DNA of 64,000 nucleotides from the NCBI GenBank assembly GCA_963842885.1, contig CAWJIE010000007.1, positions 1 to 64,000 of the forward strand, given 5' to 3'. Shown piece by piece: positions 60,255-64,000 of this stretch. The stretch's first letter is position 1, and the number at the start of each line of letters is the position of its first letter. The notes below the pieces were generated by a model. The model did no database searches. It was not told the DNA's origin and worked only from the letters and a program-made list of their open reading frames with translations. The stretch is from an uncultured Nitrososphaerota archaeon. GTDB lineage: Archaea > Thermoproteota > Nitrososphaeria > Conexivisphaerales > DTJL01. The position numbers and the translations under genes were made by a program.

Positions 60255-61311
60255 CTATCGGATGATCTCCCAACGGCCCTGGTTTGCGTCGAGCTGCTCC
60301 TTTGTGTAGCTGTCCATGGGGTGTTCCCTGTCCGGGACCTCGACTTCCTTCTGGACGTCAAAGAGGGCCGTGGAGAAGTATCTCATGGCGTTGTCGTTGT
60401 ACAGCACGACTATCTTCTTGAGCTCCGGATGGCGCCTGGCTACCTTGAGGGCGGCTAGCGTGTTGGCGCCGGAGCTGATACCCACCAGGAGGCCCTCCTC
60501 CTTCATGATCCTCTTGGTCATGGCGATCGCCCCCGCGGATGGCACGGTGACAACGCCGGTCAACATCGCAAGGTCCAGGTTCGCAGGGACGAACCCGTCG
60601 CCTATCCCTTCGATGGAGTGCGCGCCCCACCTCCGTTCGGCCAGCAGCGGGGCTTCCGCGGGTTCCGCGGCATACAGCCTGACGTCTGGGGTTCTTCTCT
60701 CTCAGGAAGCGCCCTATCCCGGTGATGGCCCCTCCTGTGCCTTGCGTCAGGACGACCGCGTCGACGCCCCCCGCGGTCTGCTCCCAGATCTCGGGCCCCG
60801 TGGTCTCGTAGTGGGCTCGAGGGTTGTCAGGGTTGGAGAACTGGTTGGGGAACCAATACCTGGACGGCTCCGCCGCCTTCATCTCTTCGATCTTCTTGAG
60901 GCAGAGGTCGACGTCGCTCTCGCCTCCAGGCGTCGTGATCACGTCGCCGCCGAGGGCCTTCATGATCTTCCTCCGCTCGATGCTCATCCCTTCGGGCATC
61001 ACTATCGTGACCTTGAAACCAAGGGAACGGCCTACGAAGACGCAGGCGATCCCAGCGTTCCCCGTGCTGGATTCGAGAATCTCCATACCGGGCTTGAGCT
61101 CCTTCCTCCCTATGGCCGCGGTGATCATCTTGTAGTAGATCCTGTCCTTCAGGCTCCCCGTCGGGTTCGTGAACTCCAGCTTGGCGTAGATGGAGGGCTT
61201 CACGCCCTCGGACGTGGGGATCTTGCGAAGCTTGACGAGCGGCGTCCTTCCGATGGCGTCAAGGACGTCATCGAAGGCCTTTCCGTCCTTGTCCCAGGAA
61301 ACCATGGGCAT
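60255..61311 (-). CDS. cysK: cysteine synthase-family PLP enzyme (frameshifted)
   Basis: NPTGSLKDR, SSTGNAG, NQFSNPDN, GTGG and EEGLLVGISSGAN motifs. Confidence 0.85.
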
Positions 61312-61380
61312 TCGTTCCTTCGCTGTGCTCCACGCTTATTTATCTCTTTGAATGAAATCGATCGTTGAGGAGCGTAAGCG

Positions 61381-61672
61381 TCAGGGCCTCTTGCCGGCCT
61401 CTACGATGGCCGCCACCAGATCCGAAACGCGGACTCCGACGAGCGTCCCGTCGGAACAGAACAAGGCGCTGGTGATGGCTTGGGCAACCAGCACAGTCTC
61501 TGAGCCGGACGCCACGAAGTGCTCTCTCCATCGAGTCAACGAGCCCCTCCGGATACGCGAAGAACTCGCCGGATATCTTGACACTGGAGATGCTCTTGCC
61601 CTCACATGAGACGTCGACCGAGTAGAGCTTCCCCCCTTCTTCCTTCCGCGTGACCTTCCCCACCGCCATCAC
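61381..61672 (-). CDS. lipoate-protein ligase accessory (C-terminal-domain, LplB-like) subunit; frameshifted
   Basis: KEEGGKL...VKISGEFFAYPE; adjacent to lplA. Confidence 0.75.
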
Positions 61673-62427
61673 CTGCTCTCCAACCAGGATGGGTCCGAAT
61701 AGCGCTTCTCCGCGTACATTAGGGCGAATCTATTCTCTTCTTCGGAGAGCGTCCCTTGGTCTAAATCGGCTCCCAGCGCTTTGGAAAAGCCGTCTTCCAG
61801 CTTCCGGCATAGTCGGGTCGTGTCGATCTGCACCCCTTCGGCTGCGATGGTCGTGACCCTGTCGGCAGGATCGGCCAGGGCCCTCTCTTCTACCTTAAGC
61901 CGGGGGACGTTCAGGACCTTGAAGGCCACGTCCGTGTCCATGACCATGAGGACCGTCCCATGCTGGAGGACGGCTCCATTCCTCCTCACCTGCGCGGAGC
62001 CGCTGATCTTCCTGCCTTTCACCACCACGTCATTGATTCGTGAGAATTCGGCTTTCAGCCCGAGCGTCCTAAGCGTCCCGATGACGCCCCCAAGGAGGTA
62101 TTCGAATGAGGCCACATAGTCGCGACTGGGAAGGTACTCTTCGTTGAGGACCACGCTGTAGGTCACTTCTCCCAGCTCGTCATGGAAGACGCTCCCTCCC
62201 CCGCTGATGCGCCGCACGACGTCGATGCCGAGCTCGCGGCAGGCCTCAACGTTCACGGCCTCCTTGAAGGCCTGGAAGCGGCCTATGCTGACGGCCGACG
62301 GGCTCCAGGTGTAGAGGCGGAGAGTCGGAGGGGAGCTTCCGGCAGCGACGGCATCCAGGATGGCCTCGTCGGTCCCCATGTTATAGGAGGCGCTGGCCTT
62401 GCCGTCGCGGATGAGCCTCCACTTCAT
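61669..62427 (-). CDS. lplA: lipoate-protein ligase A / octanoyltransferase family
   Basis: NMGTDEA, RRISGGGSVFHD, KISGSAQ and QHGT motifs. Confidence 0.9.
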   Translation of the reverse strand: MKWRLIRDGKASASYNMGTDEAILDAVAAGSSPPTLRLYTWSPSAVSIGRFQAFKEAVNVEACRELGIDVVRRISGGGSVFHDELGEVTYSVVLNEEYLPSRDYVASFEYLLGGVIGTLRTLGLKAEFSRINDVVVKGRKISGSAQVRRNGAVLQHGTVLMVMDTDVAFKVLNVPRLKVEERALADPADRVTTIAAEGVQIDTTRLCRKLEDGFSKALGADLDQGTLSEEENRFALMYAEKRYSDPSWLESR

Positions 62428-63365
62428 AGCGCTTCTCCCCATATTGACCGACGGAAGGTTGTAGAGGGGGCCGTGCGACCCTCTCGGTGTAGAACGGCCT
62501 GCTGCAGTCCGGGCATCCGGTCGTAAGATAGGGTTCCTCGCTCTCCCTGATGGAGGCCAGGTCCGGGGATTCCGACGATCCGATCAAGCCTGCCCTCCTT
62601 GAATGCGAAGTTGCCGAGTCTCGCGCCCTTCTCGAAAATCAGGTACCTGGCCAGCTGGATACCCCTATACCTTGCCAGGGCTGGCGTCCTGGCCTCGACA
62701 ATGTTCAGTCCGGGAACCGCCGTGAAGGAATGCAGCGCCACCTTGGCACCCATCTCCTTGAACTCCTGCATGAAACGCACAGCCTCTTCGTCGTTCTCCC
62801 CCAGGCCCACGATCAGATAGGTGTAGACGTTCCCTGCCCCGAAGACTTCTAGGGCCTGCCGGATGGCGGCCACATGCTTCTCCCAAGTGTAGAAGCCTTT
62901 CCTCCCCTTGTGCTTCTCGAAGAGCTCAGGTGTCGCCGCGTCCATCGGCACTGCAACCTTGTCTGCGCCCTCTCCTTCAATCTCGCGTAGTTCTCCGTAC
63001 CAACGGGCATGATGGACACCGAAACTGGGAGGGAGCGTTCAAGGGAATCGAGGATCGCGAAGGAATCTTGGAGGAAACCGGGGTAGTTTACCACCTGAAG
63101 GCAGGCCCTCCTGAATGCCGCTCCGCGGCCTCTGAGCTTCTTGGTGACGGCCTCCAGGTCGTACGGCTTCCATCTGACCCTCGACAGGTAGTCCGGGGAG
63201 CTGGTCGAGGACGAAGCCAGGGTGCAGAAGCTGCAGTCAGCCAAGCACTTCCCCCCGGCGAGAGTGCTGTAGGTCATGAAGATATGCGGTTCTGAGCGGG
63301 GCGTCCAGCCTTCCCCTCGATAGCCCGAGCACGACAGCCGTCCCGTCGGAGACACGGACCATCAT
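62424..63365 (-). CDS. radical SAM protein, archaeal lipoyl synthase LipS2-like (several frameshifts)
   Basis: CLADCSFC...LSRVRW and C-terminal TTGCPDCSRPFY motif; co-oriented with lplA. Confidence 0.75.
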
Positions 63366-63495
63366 TAGCCATCTGGAGACGATACCGCTCTATATTAGTT
63401 GAGCTTCCCGAGTCTGGGTTGCTTGATTGCTCCCATGGCCGGCTATGATTCGCCGTTGGCCTTCCGAAATGCGAAAGAGAGCAGATGCCGCCAGA

Positions 63496-64000
63496 CTACT
63501 GCGTTGGCTGTTGGGACTTCACTAGCTGGACGTACCTAGCCAGGCCGTCTTCGAACGGCGTCTTCGGGGTCCATTCGAGGAGCGCCTTGGCCTTGTCGAT
63601 GTTGATGCGCACGCCCTTGAAATCGCCGGGCCGCGGTGCCTGATGCTCGACGTTGACCTTCCCCAGCAGCTTGTTGAGGCTGGTGACGATGTCGAGAATA
63701 GTCACGAACCGTGCCCCTGCCAGGTTAAAGATCTGGTTCTTCCCCTTCTCCTTAAGGGCGTCCACGTTCCCCTCCGCGAGGTCTTCGACGTGAATGAAGC
63801 ATCTCCCCTGGCTGCCGTCGCCGAAGAGAGTTATCGCCTCTCCCCTCAGCGCCCTCCTTGCGAAGGCGGAGATGGCCATGTTCCCCCTCATCCTGGGGCC
63901 GTAGGGGATGTCATAGCGCAGGATGGTAAATGGCAGCCCGTAGACCTTGTTCCACGCCTGGAGAAGGTGCTCCTGCCCAATCTTGGTCTTGGTGTACACG
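63496..64000 (-). CDS. NAD-dependent epimerase/dehydratase, C-terminal part
   Basis: YTKTK, GDGSQGRCFIHVEDLA and RPGD motifs; N-terminus lies beyond the window. Confidence 0.85.
   Translation of the reverse strand, partial: VYTKTKIGQEHLLQAWNKVYGLPFTILRYDIPYGPRMRGNMAISAFARRALRGEAITLFGDGSQGRCFIHVEDLAEGNVDALKEKGKNQIFNLAGARFVTILDIVTSLNKLLGKVNVEHQAPRPGDFKGVRINIDKAKALLEWTPKTPFEDGLARYVQLVKSQQPTQ

Noticed and set aside
1-64000. Numerous frameshifts (mgtA, pfk, dys, tgtA, sucC, cysK, etc.) as pseudogenisation or programmed frameshifting
   Set aside because: Single-base indels hit housekeeping genes with otherwise intact motifs and no consistent slippery signal; most likely sequencing error, testable by read polishing.

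Overview
Archaeal chromosome segment, most likely a GC-rich, deep-branching Thaumarchaeota/Nitrososphaerota-like (TACK) lineage. Markers are the ESCRT-III/Vps4 cdvB-cdvB-cdvC cluster, SmAP3, archaeosine TGT, eL38, eL40, pantoate kinase and a PEF-CTERM surface protein. Many genes, including housekeeping ones, carry single-base frameshifts that look like long-read indel errors. About 34-64 kb is mostly core genes; about 1-28 kb is accessory. The main unexplained structure is a family of dispersed ~35-60 bp intergenic repeats with core TCCAGCAGCAACAGA, found at 7 sites, all in the accessory region. Five consecutive copies in the same orientation delimit cassette-like gene modules. One copy is split exactly at a CA core by an IS110 element whose upstream non-coding end folds into a bridge-RNA-like structure, with guide segments matching both the repeat and the element's own circle junction. 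Also notable are a ~470 bp helically phased GGTGTC array between convergent genes, a palindromic operator between a TrmB regulator and the cdv genes, and several micro-proteins missed by the ORF track. All calls are by eye; no database searches were run.
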